From assembly GCA_005885035.1 (NCBI GenBank), contig VAXZ01000113.1:1-48115 (forward strand): DNA of 48,115 nucleotides, read 5' to 3'. The position numbers and the translations under genes are program-made. The stretch is from Actinomycetota bacterium (GTDB lineage Bacteria > Actinomycetota > UBA4738 > HRBIN12). Position 1 is the first letter of the stretch. The number at the start of each line of letters is the position of its first letter. This document shows, one piece after another, positions 9,218-18,073 of this stretch. The notes beneath the pieces were generated by a model that worked only from the letters and a program-made list of their open reading frames with translations, was not told the origin of the DNA and did not search any database.

Positions 9218-9886
9218 GTGCTCGCCCTGCTCACCGACACGATCATCCGGCTGGTCAGCGAGCACGGATACCTGGCCATCTTCGTCCTGATGTTGCTGGA
9301 CTCGGCTTGCGTCCCGTTCCCGAGCGAGGTGACCCTCCTCTTCGGCGGAGCCCTCACCAGCACCTTGGTCGTCGGTGCGGGGCAGGAGTTGTCGCTGGTC
9401 GGGGTCGTGTTCTGGGCGATAGCCGGGACGTTGATCGGATCGTGGCTGGCGTACGGGGTGGGCTACGCGGGCGGCCGGCCCGCGATCGACCGCTTCGGCC
9501 GGTACCTGCTGATCCGACCGCACGAGATCGACCGGGCCCACGACTGGTTCGAGCGCCACGGTGAGGCCGTGGCCGCGTACGGGCGGCTCATCCCGCTTGT
9601 CCGGTCCTTCGTGAGCCTGCCGGCGGGGGTCGCGGCGATGCGGTTCTGGCGATTCACGCTGTACACCCTGGCTGGCTCGGTCATCTGGTGCGTCGGGCTC
9701 GCGTCGATCGGGCATGTGTTCGGCGATCGCTGGCGCGAGATCGAGCGGGTGATCCAGCCGTTCGCTTGGATCATCGCCGGCGTCGTCGTCGTGGCATTCG
9801 TCGTGTTCGTGTCGCGTCGCTGGGAGCAGGTCCGTCGCGAATACGCGGCGCTGGACGGCCGCGAAGATGGGCCGGCCAGCAGGTAA
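9218..9886 (+). CDS. DedA-family membrane protein
   Basis: GTG start with GGAGGA 5 nt upstream. Motifs: YLAIFVLMLLDSACVPFPSEVTLLFGG and GRLIPLVRSFVSLPAGVAAM, typical of DedA/SNARE-associated proteins. Confidence 0.85.
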   Translation: MLALLTDTIIRLVSEHGYLAIFVLMLLDSACVPFPSEVTLLFGGALTSTLVVGAGQELSLVGVVFWAIAGTLIGSWLAYGVGYAGGRPAIDRFGRYLLIRPHEIDRAHDWFERHGEAVAAYGRLIPLVRSFVSLPAGVAAMRFWRFTLYTLAGSVIWCVGLASIGHVFGDRWREIERVIQPFAWIIAGVVVVAFVVFVSRRWEQVRREYAALDGREDGPASR

Positions 9887-9892
9887 CGCCCG

Positions 9893-10372
9893 TCAGAGGT
9901 TGGCGACCATCGTCCAGTTCCCGCCGGACTCCTCGACCTTCTCGAAGCCGGCCTTCTGATACATCATCCGCGATCGGTTGTGGACGGCGACCGAGAGTGA
10001 CAACGCCTGGAACCCTTCCTCGCGGGCTTGCACCATGCACGATCGCAACAGGGCCTCGCCGATCCCCTTCCGCCGATGCAGAGGAACGACCGCGATCGAG
10101 AGCTCGGGGATCTTGTCGTCAACGAAGCCGTACCCGGGCTCCTCGGCGGTGAACAACCGGTACCACGCGGCCCCGACCGGCAAGCCCTCCACCTCGGCCA
10201 CCACGCCGCCGTCTCCGTCCCGGCCCCACCCCTGGTGGTAGCGAACGAGCACGGGGTCGGCAAGGACCTCCTCGATCGGCTCGCGAGGCCAATCGGGGTT
10301 CCAGCGGGCGGCCTCGTAGAGCATCTTCTTCAGGAACTGCACATCGTCTTTCGTCGCGGGACGGATGTTCAT
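9893..10372 (-). CDS. GNAT-family N-acetyltransferase
   Basis: ATG 10372 (MNIRPATKDDVQFLKKM). Acetyl-CoA motif VVPLHRRKGIGEALL. 159 aa. Confidence 0.85.
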   Translation of the reverse strand: MNIRPATKDDVQFLKKMLYEAARWNPDWPREPIEEVLADPVLVRYHQGWGRDGDGGVVAEVEGLPVGAAWYRLFTAEEPGYGFVDDKIPELSIAVVPLHRRKGIGEALLRSCMVQAREEGFQALSLSVAVHNRSRMMYQKAGFEKVEESGGNWTMVANL

Positions 10373-10404
10373 CCTGCTGGGGCCTCCGTGAGAACCTCGG
10401 GTGC

Positions 10405-11241
10405 ATGGGAACCCTAGCGCAGCGGACGTTGGGCCGACCGTTCGGTCGCAAGGTCGTGTCCGTTGCACGAGAGCTGCGAGGCAAGGCACTGCGCGACGAC
10501 GTCGCAACCGAAGCCTCGGCGCTCACCTTCACGGCGTTCCTTTCCATCTTCCCCCTCCTCCTGTTGGCCACATCATTGGTCGGCTTCCGGCTCGAAGGCC
10601 GCGGGATGGCGTCCATCGATGAGCTCGTCTCGACGATCCCGGGGCTGACGCAACTCGTCGCGGGCCAGGCGCAGACGATCGTCGACGGCAGGTTCACGGC
10701 TGGCATCGTGGGCCTCGCCGGCCTGGTCTGGGCGGCATCGGCCCTGTCCAACCGGGCGCGCCGCGCGCTCGGCGTCATCTTCGGCCATCGAGAAACGGTC
10801 ATCGCGAGCCGGTTCGTCGCCGTCGTCGACACGTTCGTGCTCGGCGCGCTCCTGATCGTGGGCGTGACCATCGCCGGCGTCGTCACGAACGTCGCGCATG
10901 ATCGCACAGGGGGCTGGCCGGGCCTGATAGCCGCCGACATCGGGGTGTTCGCGATGCTCGTCGGCTTCTTCCTCATCGCCTACCGACTGCTGGCGCCCGG
11001 ACGGCAGGCCATCCGCGATCTCGTTCCCGGCGCGGTCGTGTGCGCGTTGGGATGGACGATCCTGCAGGGGATCGGGAGCTGGTTCGTCGCGCGCCAGGTC
11101 GCGCAGTGGTCGGCCTTGTACGGCACGATCGCGACCGTGTTCGGCGTGCTGCTGTTCCTGCGGATCGCGGCGTGGATCTTCCTAGCGGGTGCGGAGCTGT
11201 CCGCGATCCTTCGTACGCGGAGCGTTGCTCAGACGGACTGA
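10405..11241 (+). CDS. YihY/BrkB (ribonuclease BN-like) family membrane protein
   Basis: ATG 10405. N-terminal signature ASALTFTAFLSIFPLLLL. About 6 TM helices. C-terminal LFLRIAAWIFLAGAELSA. Confidence 0.8.
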   Translation: MGTLAQRTLGRPFGRKVVSVARELRGKALRDDVATEASALTFTAFLSIFPLLLLATSLVGFRLEGRGMASIDELVSTIPGLTQLVAGQAQTIVDGRFTAGIVGLAGLVWAASALSNRARRALGVIFGHRETVIASRFVAVVDTFVLGALLIVGVTIAGVVTNVAHDRTGGWPGLIAADIGVFAMLVGFFLIAYRLLAPGRQAIRDLVPGAVVCALGWTILQGIGSWFVARQVAQWSALYGTIATVFGVLLFLRIAAWIFLAGAELSAILRTRSVAQTD

Positions 11242-13568
11242 ACGGGGACCTCCGCGGCATCCCGCTCGAGCAGGAACGGGACGCTCGTGAGCAGGACGCG
11301 ATCCTCGTGCAGGAAGAGCCGCTTGATGAACAGCGCGCTCTGGTTGTGCAAGGGCAGCTGCCACCAATGGGACACGATCACCTCGGGCACCAAGACGTTG
11401 ACCATGACATGGGGGTGGACCGAGAACCGCCGCACTTCGTTCAGCATGGGACGGGTGAGGTCTCGGAACGGCGCTTCCACGATGTCGAGCGGCACGTCGA
11501 GCCCGAGGTTGAACCATGACGCCTCGAGACGGTTCGCCTGATCGGGATCGACATCGAAGTAGATCGCGCGGGTGATCGTGGCATCCAGAGTCCGGGCGTA
11601 GTTGATGGCGCGCACCGTCACGTCGTTGACCGATGAAACGAACACGAGGGTCACCGTCTTCTGGGGGATCAGGGGCTTCGAGACGTCGGCGTGCCGCGCC
11701 GGATCCTCGACCACCGGTACGTCGGTCACGACGACACCGGGCTCGCCGAGGAGCCCCGCCTTCAGGCGGACCAGCTCGTTCTCGCCCACGAGGTACCGGA
11801 CCAGACCTTGATCCACGATCTCCGGGACCATGACCGTCACGACGTCGCGGGGGCCGGGCTGCAGCCGTCGCACGTAGGCACGGACCGCCGAGGTGAGGTT
11901 GCCGGCACCGAGCGCCTCGAGCTCGGCGGTTCCCGGCTCGCAGAGCGATCGCCATCGCTCCGCCAGATCCGGCGGGACGGACCCACCGGGCGTTACGGGG
12001 TGTAACGAAGCCGGCCGGAACGAGCGCACGTACCCGAGAGCCTCCGCGGTGGATGCATCGACATCGCGCACCAGCAACACCACGTGGTTCGCTTCCAGCT
12101 CTCCCGGGCGCTCCGAACCGCGACGCGTCTGGGCCCGCACCCATGCGTAGTGCTTGTGGATCGAGTAGAAACCCGGCACCAGCAAGCCGATGATCAGGAT
12201 CGAGAGCCACGCGCCTTCGGCGAACTTCGAGATCACCACGACGATCAGCACGATCGCGGTCGTGATCGCCCCGATGATGTTGATCACGATCGATCGACGC
12301 CAACCGCGCATCGCGGCATCGCCCTTGCGACCCTCGGCCAGCCAGTGCTTGACCATGCCGGTCTGGGAAAGCGTGAACGACGTGAACACGCCCACGACGT
12401 AGAAATGGATCAGCGTGTTCAGGTCGGCATGGAAGGCGTAGATCATCGCGCACGAAAGCAGCCCCAGCACGATCACCCCGTTGGAGAAGACCAGCCGGTC
12501 GCCCCGGTTGACGAACTGGCTCGGCATGAACCGGTCCCGCGCGAGGATCGAGGCGAGCCGGGGGAAGTCCTGGTAGGCGGTGTTCGCGGCCAGGATCAGG
12601 ATCGCCGCGGTGAAGAACTGCACCACGAAGAAACCCGGCGAGGAGTTGCCGAAGATCCCGATCGCGATCTGCGCGACGACCGACCGCTGCTCGCTCGCGA
12701 CGACGCCCGGCATGTGCGTGGCGAGCCAGGAGATCCCGAGGAACATCGTGACCGCGATCGTGCCCATGATCGCGAGGGTCGCGGCCGCGTTCCTCGCCTG
12801 GGGACGCTTGAACGCCGGCACGCCGTTGGAGATCGCCTCGACGCCGGTGAGCGCGGTGGCGCCCTGAGAGAACGCCTTCAGGATCGCGAACAGGCCGACG
12901 GCCGCGGCGGTGGTTGCGGCGCCCGGGAGCAGGTCCGAGTGGACACCGACCGCCGGACAGCCACCCAGGCACCGCGCCAACCCGATCATGACGAGGACGA
13001 GGATCGAGATGACGAACCCGTAGGTGGGGATCGCGAACACCGTTCCCGACTCCCGTGCACCCCGCAGGTTCGCGAACGTCACGAGCAGCACGAACAGGAT
13101 CGACAGCAGGACCCGGTGCTCGTTCGCCCACTCGAACGCCGACCCGATAGCGAACACGCCCGCCACGACGGAGACCACCACGGTCATCATGTAGTCGAAC
13201 AGCAAGGCGGCGGCCGCGACCAGCCCGGGCAGCGTTCCGAGGTTGTCCTTGCTCACGATGTACGCACCGCCGCCTCCCGGGTAGGCGCGGACGGTCTGTC
13301 GGTACGAGCTCACGACGATCGCCATCAGCAACGCGATCGCGATCGCGATCGGCATCACGTAGGACTGTGGGTGCGACGTGACTAGGGTGAGCGCGATCAG
13401 GATCTCACCCGTGGCGTACGCGACCGAGGACAGGGCGTCGGACGCGAAGACCGGAAGCGCGAGGACCTTCGGCAGCAACGTGTGCTCCAGGTGCTGACTC
13501 GTGAACGCTCGCCCCACGAAGAGGCGCTTGATGATCGAGGTCGGGGGGGCGTTCGAAGTCGCAGCCAT
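11229..13568 (-). CDS. APC-superfamily (amino-acid-permease-like) transporter with ~300-aa cytoplasmic tail resembling two USP-like modules; paralog of 20691..23063
   Basis: ATG 13568 (an alternative GTG at 13604 would overlap the regulator gene). Conserved blocks SSVAYATGEIL, SYRQTVRAYPGGGGAYIVSKDNLG, LTGVEAISNGVPAF, LILAANTAYQDFPRLAS, GVFTSFTLSQTGM. Tail modules HVVLLVRDVDASTAEALGYV and TVTLVFVSSVNDVTVRAINYA. Confidence 0.85.
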   Translation of the reverse strand: MAATSNAPPTSIIKRLFVGRAFTSQHLEHTLLPKVLALPVFASDALSSVAYATGEILIALTLVTSHPQSYVMPIAIAIALLMAIVVSSYRQTVRAYPGGGGAYIVSKDNLGTLPGLVAAAALLFDYMMTVVVSVVAGVFAIGSAFEWANEHRVLLSILFVLLVTFANLRGARESGTVFAIPTYGFVISILVLVMIGLARCLGGCPAVGVHSDLLPGAATTAAAVGLFAILKAFSQGATALTGVEAISNGVPAFKRPQARNAAATLAIMGTIAVTMFLGISWLATHMPGVVASEQRSVVAQIAIGIFGNSSPGFFVVQFFTAAILILAANTAYQDFPRLASILARDRFMPSQFVNRGDRLVFSNGVIVLGLLSCAMIYAFHADLNTLIHFYVVGVFTSFTLSQTGMVKHWLAEGRKGDAAMRGWRRSIVINIIGAITTAIVLIVVVISKFAEGAWLSILIIGLLVPGFYSIHKHYAWVRAQTRRGSERPGELEANHVVLLVRDVDASTAEALGYVRSFRPASLHPVTPGGSVPPDLAERWRSLCEPGTAELEALGAGNLTSAVRAYVRRLQPGPRDVVTVMVPEIVDQGLVRYLVGENELVRLKAGLLGEPGVVVTDVPVVEDPARHADVSKPLIPQKTVTLVFVSSVNDVTVRAINYARTLDATITRAIYFDVDPDQANRLEASWFNLGLDVPLDIVEAPFRDLTRPMLNEVRRFSVHPHVMVNVLVPEVIVSHWWQLPLHNQSALFIKRLFLHEDRVLLTSVPFLLERDAAEVPVQSV

Positions 13569-13590
13569 GGTTGCTGATGCTACGTGTCGC

Positions 13591-14274
13591 TCAGGCTGGT
13601 TCACCCACCCAGCGGTAGCCGACGCCCGGCTCGGTGACGATCAGGGCAGGCGAGGACGCGTCGTCGCCCAGCTTCTTGCGGAGCGCGCGGATGTAGGTGC
13701 GGAGATAGGTCGTCTCGGTCCCGTATCCCTGACCCCAGACCCGGCGGAGGAGCCACTGGTGCGTGAGGAGCTTCCCCGGATTGGAGACGAGCGCCTCTAA
13801 TAAGGAGTATTCGGTCGGGGTCACGTGCAGCTGCTCGCCGTCCAGGGTGACCAGGCGACGTGCGAGGTCGATCTCCAGGCCGCCGTACCGGAGGGTCGGT
13901 TGGGGGGGCTCGTCCGGGCCCGCGCGGCGGAGCGCCGCGCGGGCCCGGGCGAGCAACTCCTCCATGGCGAACGGCTTGGTCACGTAGTCGTCGGCTCCGG
14001 CGTCGAGCGCCGCAACCTTGTCCGACTGCGCCTCACGCACCGACAGGATGATCACCGGAACGTCGGAGAACCCGCGCACCCTGCGGATCACCTCGGTGCC
14101 GTCCATGTCCGGGAGCCCGAGGTCCAGCAGCACCAAGTCGGGCTGCTGGTCCGCCGATGCGACCACGCCCTCCTCCCCCGTGCCGACGGTCGCGACCTCG
14201 TACCCGTGCGCCTCCAGGCTCGTTCGAAGCGCCCGCCGGATCTGGGGTTCGTCATCGATGACCAGGACCTTCAC
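13591..14274 (-). CDS. OmpR/KdpE-type winged-helix response regulator
   Basis: The GTG start overlaps the kinase stop (GTGA). Motifs: VLVIDDEPQI, DLVLLDLGLPDMDG, VTKPF. Winged helix: LTPTEYSLLEAL...TEPGVGYRW. Confidence 0.9.
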   Translation of the reverse strand: MKVLVIDDEPQIRRALRTSLEAHGYEVATVGTGEEGVVASADQQPDLVLLDLGLPDMDGTEVIRRVRGFSDVPVIILSVREAQSDKVAALDAGADDYVTKPFAMEELLARARAALRRAGPDEPPQPTLRYGGLEIDLARRLVTLDGEQLHVTPTEYSLLEALVSNPGKLLTHQWLLRRVWGQGYGTETTYLRTYIRALRKKLGDDASSPALIVTEPGVGYRWVGEPA

Positions 14275-15707
14275 AGCACCGTCTCCTCGAGCGGGACGTC
14301 GACCACCATCGCGGTCCCGCCTCCCGTCGTCTCCTCGATGCGGATGCGCCCGCCGTGGGCCGTCACGATGGCGCGCGCGATCGCGAGGCCGAGGCCGCTC
14401 CCCGAGGACTCAGGGCTCTCGCGGCCGCGGTAGAAGGCTTCGAACACCTTCTCACGCTCCTCGGGCTTGATGCCCGGGCCTTCGTCGGAGACGCGGACAC
14501 GGACCGCGTCGCGCGTCTCGCTGACGTGGATCCGGATCGTCCCGCCCCTCGGCGAATGCCGCGCGGCGTTCTCCAGCAGGTTCGTCAACACCTGGTCGAG
14601 CTGCACCGGGTCCGCCGGAACCTCGGGCAGGTCGGGGGCGAGCTGCAGCTCGACCGCGAAGTCGGCGAGGAGGCGATGCATACGGGCCACGACCGCTTCC
14701 GCGACCTCGTCGACGGCCGTCGGCACCCGCTTCGGGATCAACGCGCCCGCGCGGATCTTCGCCAGATCGAGGATGTTCCCGACCAATCGGTTCAGCCGGT
14801 CGGTCTCCTCGAGGATCGTTGTGAGCAGATCCCGCTGCTGGATCGCATCGTGGATCGCGCTCGCGTCCAGCAGGCTGGTCACGCCCGCTTTGATCGAGGC
14901 GAGCGGGGTTCGCAGATCGTGCGTGACCGAAGAGAACATCGCGGCGCGGAGTTGGTTCGTCTCGGCGTCCAGCTGCGCCAGGCGCGCTCGAGCGTCCAGC
15001 CGCGCGCGGTCCAGGGCGACCGCCGCCTGGCGGGTCGCGGCCTCCAGGAGCAATCGCTCATCGCGCGTGAACGGGCGTCTGCCCTCCGGGCGTTCCGCGA
15101 TCAAGGTGCCGAGCGGGATGTTCGACACGACGACGGGAATCACCTCGGTCGGCCCCCCGCGGGGCACCCCCGGGCGAACGGCCTTCGCCTCGATCTCCTG
15201 GCCGTCGAGCGTCACCGACACTTGACAGGACGCGAGTCCGAGCGGCTCCAGGAGCACCTGGACGAACTCGTCGAGCACCCGGTCGGGGACGTCTCCGGAC
15301 AGGAGCTTCGCCGACAAGAAGGCGAGGAGCCGTGCCTCACGTTCGCGCCGGCTCGCGCGGTCGCGCTCATCGGCCGCGTTGCCGACCACCAGGCCCACGA
15401 CGACGGCGATCGCCAGGAACACGACCGCGGCGATCAGATCGCGGAGCTGTTCGAAGCCGAACACGCGCTGGGGCGATTCCACGATCGGAAGGGCGATCGA
15501 GGCGAGCAAGGCGGCCACGACGCCAGCCCACAGGCCGCCGCTGACCGCGGCGATGGTCACGGAGAGGATGAAGATCGCGACGCCCGCGCCCTGGAGCTGG
15601 GACGTCAGCAGGGCCAGGACGGTCCCGGCGAGCGTGGCGAGGAAGCCGATGCCGATCGCACGCAGCGTCAAACGGGCGAGACGACCGGGAGGACCTTCGA
15701 CGACCAC
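14271..15707 (-). CDS. sensor histidine kinase resembling the C-terminal half of KdpD (DUF4118-type membrane region, GAF-like region, HisKA, HATPase)
   Basis: GTG 15707. Three to four TM helices at the N-terminus. H-box SVTHDLRTPLASIKAGVTSL. Boxes NLLENAARHSP, DEGPGI, GSGLGLAIA. It lacks the KdpD N-terminal P-loop/Usp sensor domains. Confidence 0.85.
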   Translation of the reverse strand: MVVEGPPGRLARLTLRAIGIGFLATLAGTVLALLTSQLQGAGVAIFILSVTIAAVSGGLWAGVVAALLASIALPIVESPQRVFGFEQLRDLIAAVVFLAIAVVVGLVVGNAADERDRASRREREARLLAFLSAKLLSGDVPDRVLDEFVQVLLEPLGLASCQVSVTLDGQEIEAKAVRPGVPRGGPTEVIPVVVSNIPLGTLIAERPEGRRPFTRDERLLLEAATRQAAVALDRARLDARARLAQLDAETNQLRAAMFSSVTHDLRTPLASIKAGVTSLLDASAIHDAIQQRDLLTTILEETDRLNRLVGNILDLAKIRAGALIPKRVPTAVDEVAEAVVARMHRLLADFAVELQLAPDLPEVPADPVQLDQVLTNLLENAARHSPRGGTIRIHVSETRDAVRVRVSDEGPGIKPEEREKVFEAFYRGRESPESSGSGLGLAIARAIVTAHGGRIRIEETTGGGTAMVVDVPLEETVL

Positions 15708-15713
15708 GGCCGA

Positions 15714-15803
15714 ACGCTACCGCCCGCGCGATGCCCGTTCACGCCTGGGGCGCGTTCACGACATCTTCACGCCGCCCGCAGCTTCCTTCACGCCCCCCTC
15801 ACG
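15714..15803. promoter_or_regulatory. candidate control region: TAGCGT -10 box (minus strand, 15719-15714) 6 nt from the kinase GTG, plus five TTCACG-type direct repeats
   Basis: TTCACG at 15738, 15755, 15766 and 15787, and CTCACG at 15798 (consensus TTCACGCC). The last four are spaced 11, 21 and 11 bp apart. The same spacing pattern occurs at 20599-20646. Confidence 0.4.
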
Positions 15804-15928
15804 GCCGATGCCGGAGCCTACTCACCGGAAAGAGGTTTCCTGCCGGACGGGCCGCGTGGCCGTCACCCCTAGGCGGTTCGCCGGGCAGGATGGGTACATC
15901 CACCGCTTTCCTCCGAGCCCGTCTTCGG

Positions 15929-15956
15929 GGCCGGCAGCTCCCTCCAGCTGCCGGCC
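15929..15956 (+). promoter_or_regulatory. perfect 11-bp GC-rich stem-loop in the divergent intergenic region upstream of trkA
   Basis: GGCCGGCAGCT-ccctcc-AGCTGCCGGCC, followed by tcaagacatttct. No converging gene exists for it to terminate. Confidence 0.35.
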
Positions 15957-16052
15957 TCAAGACATTTCTGGGGTTGTTCGCTGCGACGACCGTCTGCGCC
16001 CGAAGCGGTCACGTCATGTCATCGATAGAGCCCGGCGGTACGCTTCTGCCTC

Positions 16053-16715
16053 ATGCACGTCCTGATCATGGGTTGCGGGCGGGTCGGCTCCGAGCTTTCG
16101 CTCGCCTTGCTCGAGGGCGGGCACGACGTGACCATCATCGACAAGAACCCGGAGGCGTTCTGGCGCTATCCACCCGGTGAGGGCGCTCGTCAGATGGTGG
16201 GCCTCGGCTTCGACCGCGAGCTGCTGGAGGAGGCGGGCATCAAGGATGCCGACGCCTTCATCGCTGTTTCCTCCGGAGACAATTCGAACATCGTCTCCGC
16301 ACGAGTGGCGCTCGAGCATTTCCACGTGCCCAAGGTGATCGCCCGGATCTACGACCCGCGCCGTGCCGAGATCTACGGACGGCTCAACATACCGACCGTC
16401 GCAACCACGACCTGGGGCATCAAGCAGATCCAGCTGATGCTTCTGCACGACCGCGAGGAGATCCGCGAAAGCCTGGGCGGCGGCGAGATCCTCCGCGTGC
16501 GGGTCCCGGTCCCAGCGCACCTGATCGGCAAGCCAGCCAACACCCTGAACGTCGAAGGCAAGATCCTGGTCGCGGGGGTCTCCCGCGGCGGCACGGGCTT
16601 CCTCCCCACGCCCGATAGCACCCTGCAGGCGGGCGATTACCTCGTCGTGATGATGGTCAAGGATGGTCTGGAGATGCTTGACCAGCAGCTCGAACCCGCG
16701 TCGGAGCATCACTGA
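16053..16715 (+). CDS. trkA: TrkA-type RCK protein (NAD-binding TrkA_N plus TrkA_C)
   Basis: MHVLIMGCGRVGSELSLALLEGGHDVTIIDKN Rossmann motif. C-terminal RCK_C-like region (GKILVAGVSRGG...LQAGDYLVVM). TACGCT lies 8 nt upstream of the ATG. Confidence 0.9.
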   Translation: MHVLIMGCGRVGSELSLALLEGGHDVTIIDKNPEAFWRYPPGEGARQMVGLGFDRELLEEAGIKDADAFIAVSSGDNSNIVSARVALEHFHVPKVIARIYDPRRAEIYGRLNIPTVATTTWGIKQIQLMLLHDREEIRESLGGGEILRVRVPVPAHLIGKPANTLNVEGKILVAGVSRGGTGFLPTPDSTLQAGDYLVVMMVKDGLEMLDQQLEPASEHH

Positions 16716-17380
16716 TGCGGGTCGTGGTCACCGGCGGCGGGGCGATCGGGCGCCACCTGTCGGCGGATCTGGTGGAGCGCGGACACGACGTGACGTTGAT
16801 CGAGCAGCACCGTTCCGTCGTGGACCGGCTCCGCGAGGAGATCCCAGACGTGAAGGTGATGCTCGGCGACGCGTGTGAGCCGCGCATCCTCGACGACGCG
16901 CACCTCTCCGATGCCGACGTCGTCGTCGCGGCGACCGGCGACGACGAGGACAACCTGGTCACGTCCCTGCTGGCGAAGCAGGAGTTCGCCGTGCCACGGG
17001 TGCTCGCCCGGGTGAACCATCCCGGCAACGAGTGGCTGTTCAACGAGCAGTGGGGCGTGGACCAAGCGGTGTCACCGCCGCACATGCTCACCGCGATGGT
17101 CGAGGAGGCCGTGACGACGGGCGACCTCGTCCGGCTCCTCCGGCTGGAGGGCGGTCGCGCCTCGATCGTCGAGACCAAGCTCACGACCGCATCCCCGGCG
17201 ACCGGCAAGGCGCTCTACGAGCTTCGTCTGCCGCCGGACTCCACGATCGTGGCGGTCCTCCGGGAGGGTCACGTCGTGATCCCCCAGCCGGAAACGGTGC
17301 TCGCAGCGGGCGATGAGCTGGTCGCGTTGGCGGCGCCGGAATCGGAGCTGACGCTCCGTGAGGCGATCGTCGGCGACTGA
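16715..17380 (+). CDS. trkA: TrkA-type RCK protein, second copy
   Basis: TGATG overlap with the upstream trkA. MRVVVTGGGAIGRHLSADLVERGHDVTLIEQ. C-terminal IVAVLREGHVVIPQPETVLAAGDELVAL. Confidence 0.9.
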   Translation: MRVVVTGGGAIGRHLSADLVERGHDVTLIEQHRSVVDRLREEIPDVKVMLGDACEPRILDDAHLSDADVVVAATGDDEDNLVTSLLAKQEFAVPRVLARVNHPGNEWLFNEQWGVDQAVSPPHMLTAMVEEAVTTGDLVRLLRLEGGRASIVETKLTTASPATGKALYELRLPPDSTIVAVLREGHVVIPQPETVLAAGDELVALAAPESELTLREAIVGD

Positions 17381-17386
17381 CCCTCC

Positions 17387-18073
17387 TCAGTCGCCCGGTT
17401 CGAACCGGTAGCCCATGCCGGGCTCGGTGATGAAGTAGCGGGGATGTGACGGCTCCGGCTCGAGTTTCCGTCGGATCTGGGCCATGTACACCCGCAGGTA
17501 GTTCGTCTCCTCCTCGTACCGCGGACCCCAGACCTCCTGCAGGAGCTGGCGCTGACTGACCAGCCTCCCCGGATGACGGACGAGGACCTCGACGAGGTGC
17601 CACTCGGTGGGCGTGAGGCGGACGGCCGTCCTGTCAGCCGCGACCACCTTCCTCGCGGCGAGGTCCACGGTGAACGCCGAGGTGCGGACGACGGCTTCCC
17701 CATCGTCGGACGAGACCGCCCGCCGCTCGGATGCCCGCACCCGCGCGAGCAGCTCCCCCATGCCGAACGGTTTCGTGACGTAGTCGTCGGCCCCGGCGTC
17801 CAGCGCGTTGACCTTCTCGGACTCCTGCTCGCGCGCCGACAGCACGATGATCGGAACCGCGGTCCACGTCCGGAGGCCCCGGATCACGTCGACACCGTCG
17901 ATCCCGGGCAACCCGAGGTCCACGATCACGACGTCGGGGCGACGCCGCGCCGCCAGATCGAGCGCCGCCTCACCGTCCGGCGCCGTGTCCACGTCGTAGC
18001 CGCGGGCGACCAGGTTGGTCTTCAGTCCGCGGAGTATCTGCGGCTCGTCATCGACGACGAGCACCCTCGTCAT
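17387..18073 (-). CDS. kdpE: KdpE-type OmpR-family response regulator
   Basis: ATGA overlap with kdpD. Motifs: VLVVDDEPQILRGL, DVVIVDLGLPGIDG, VTKPF. Winged helix: LTPTEWHLVEVL...TEPGMGYRF. Confidence 0.9.
   Translation of the reverse strand: MTRVLVVDDEPQILRGLKTNLVARGYDVDTAPDGEAALDLAARRRPDVVIVDLGLPGIDGVDVIRGLRTWTAVPIIVLSAREQESEKVNALDAGADDYVTKPFGMGELLARVRASERRAVSSDDGEAVVRTSAFTVDLAARKVVAADRTAVRLTPTEWHLVEVLVRHPGRLVSQRQLLQEVWGPRYEEETNYLRVYMAQIRRKLEPEPSHPRYFITEPGMGYRFEPGD

Noticed and set aside
11182-13131. 649-aa minus-strand ORF in an alternative frame to APC1 (also 12084..13385 + and 20619..21938 -)
   Set aside because: These are Arg/Gly/Pro-rich alternative-frame translations. The permease frames are hydrophobic, mutually paralogous and carry the conserved blocks.
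15708-16052. c-di-AMP (ydaO-type) riboswitch upstream of trkA or the permease genes
   Set aside because: The conserved ydaO elements as I remember them (GAAUC-type and ACGGGGxACCCA-type boxes in a pseudo-twofold arrangement) are not visible here or at 20581-20690. A covariance-model scan would be needed to exclude it fully.
17397-17406. GGTTCGAACC, resembling a tRNA T-arm
   Set aside because: It lies inside the kdpE coding sequence (it encodes ...RFEPG...). No acceptor or anticodon stems can be built around it. I found no tRNA-like cloverleaf elsewhere.
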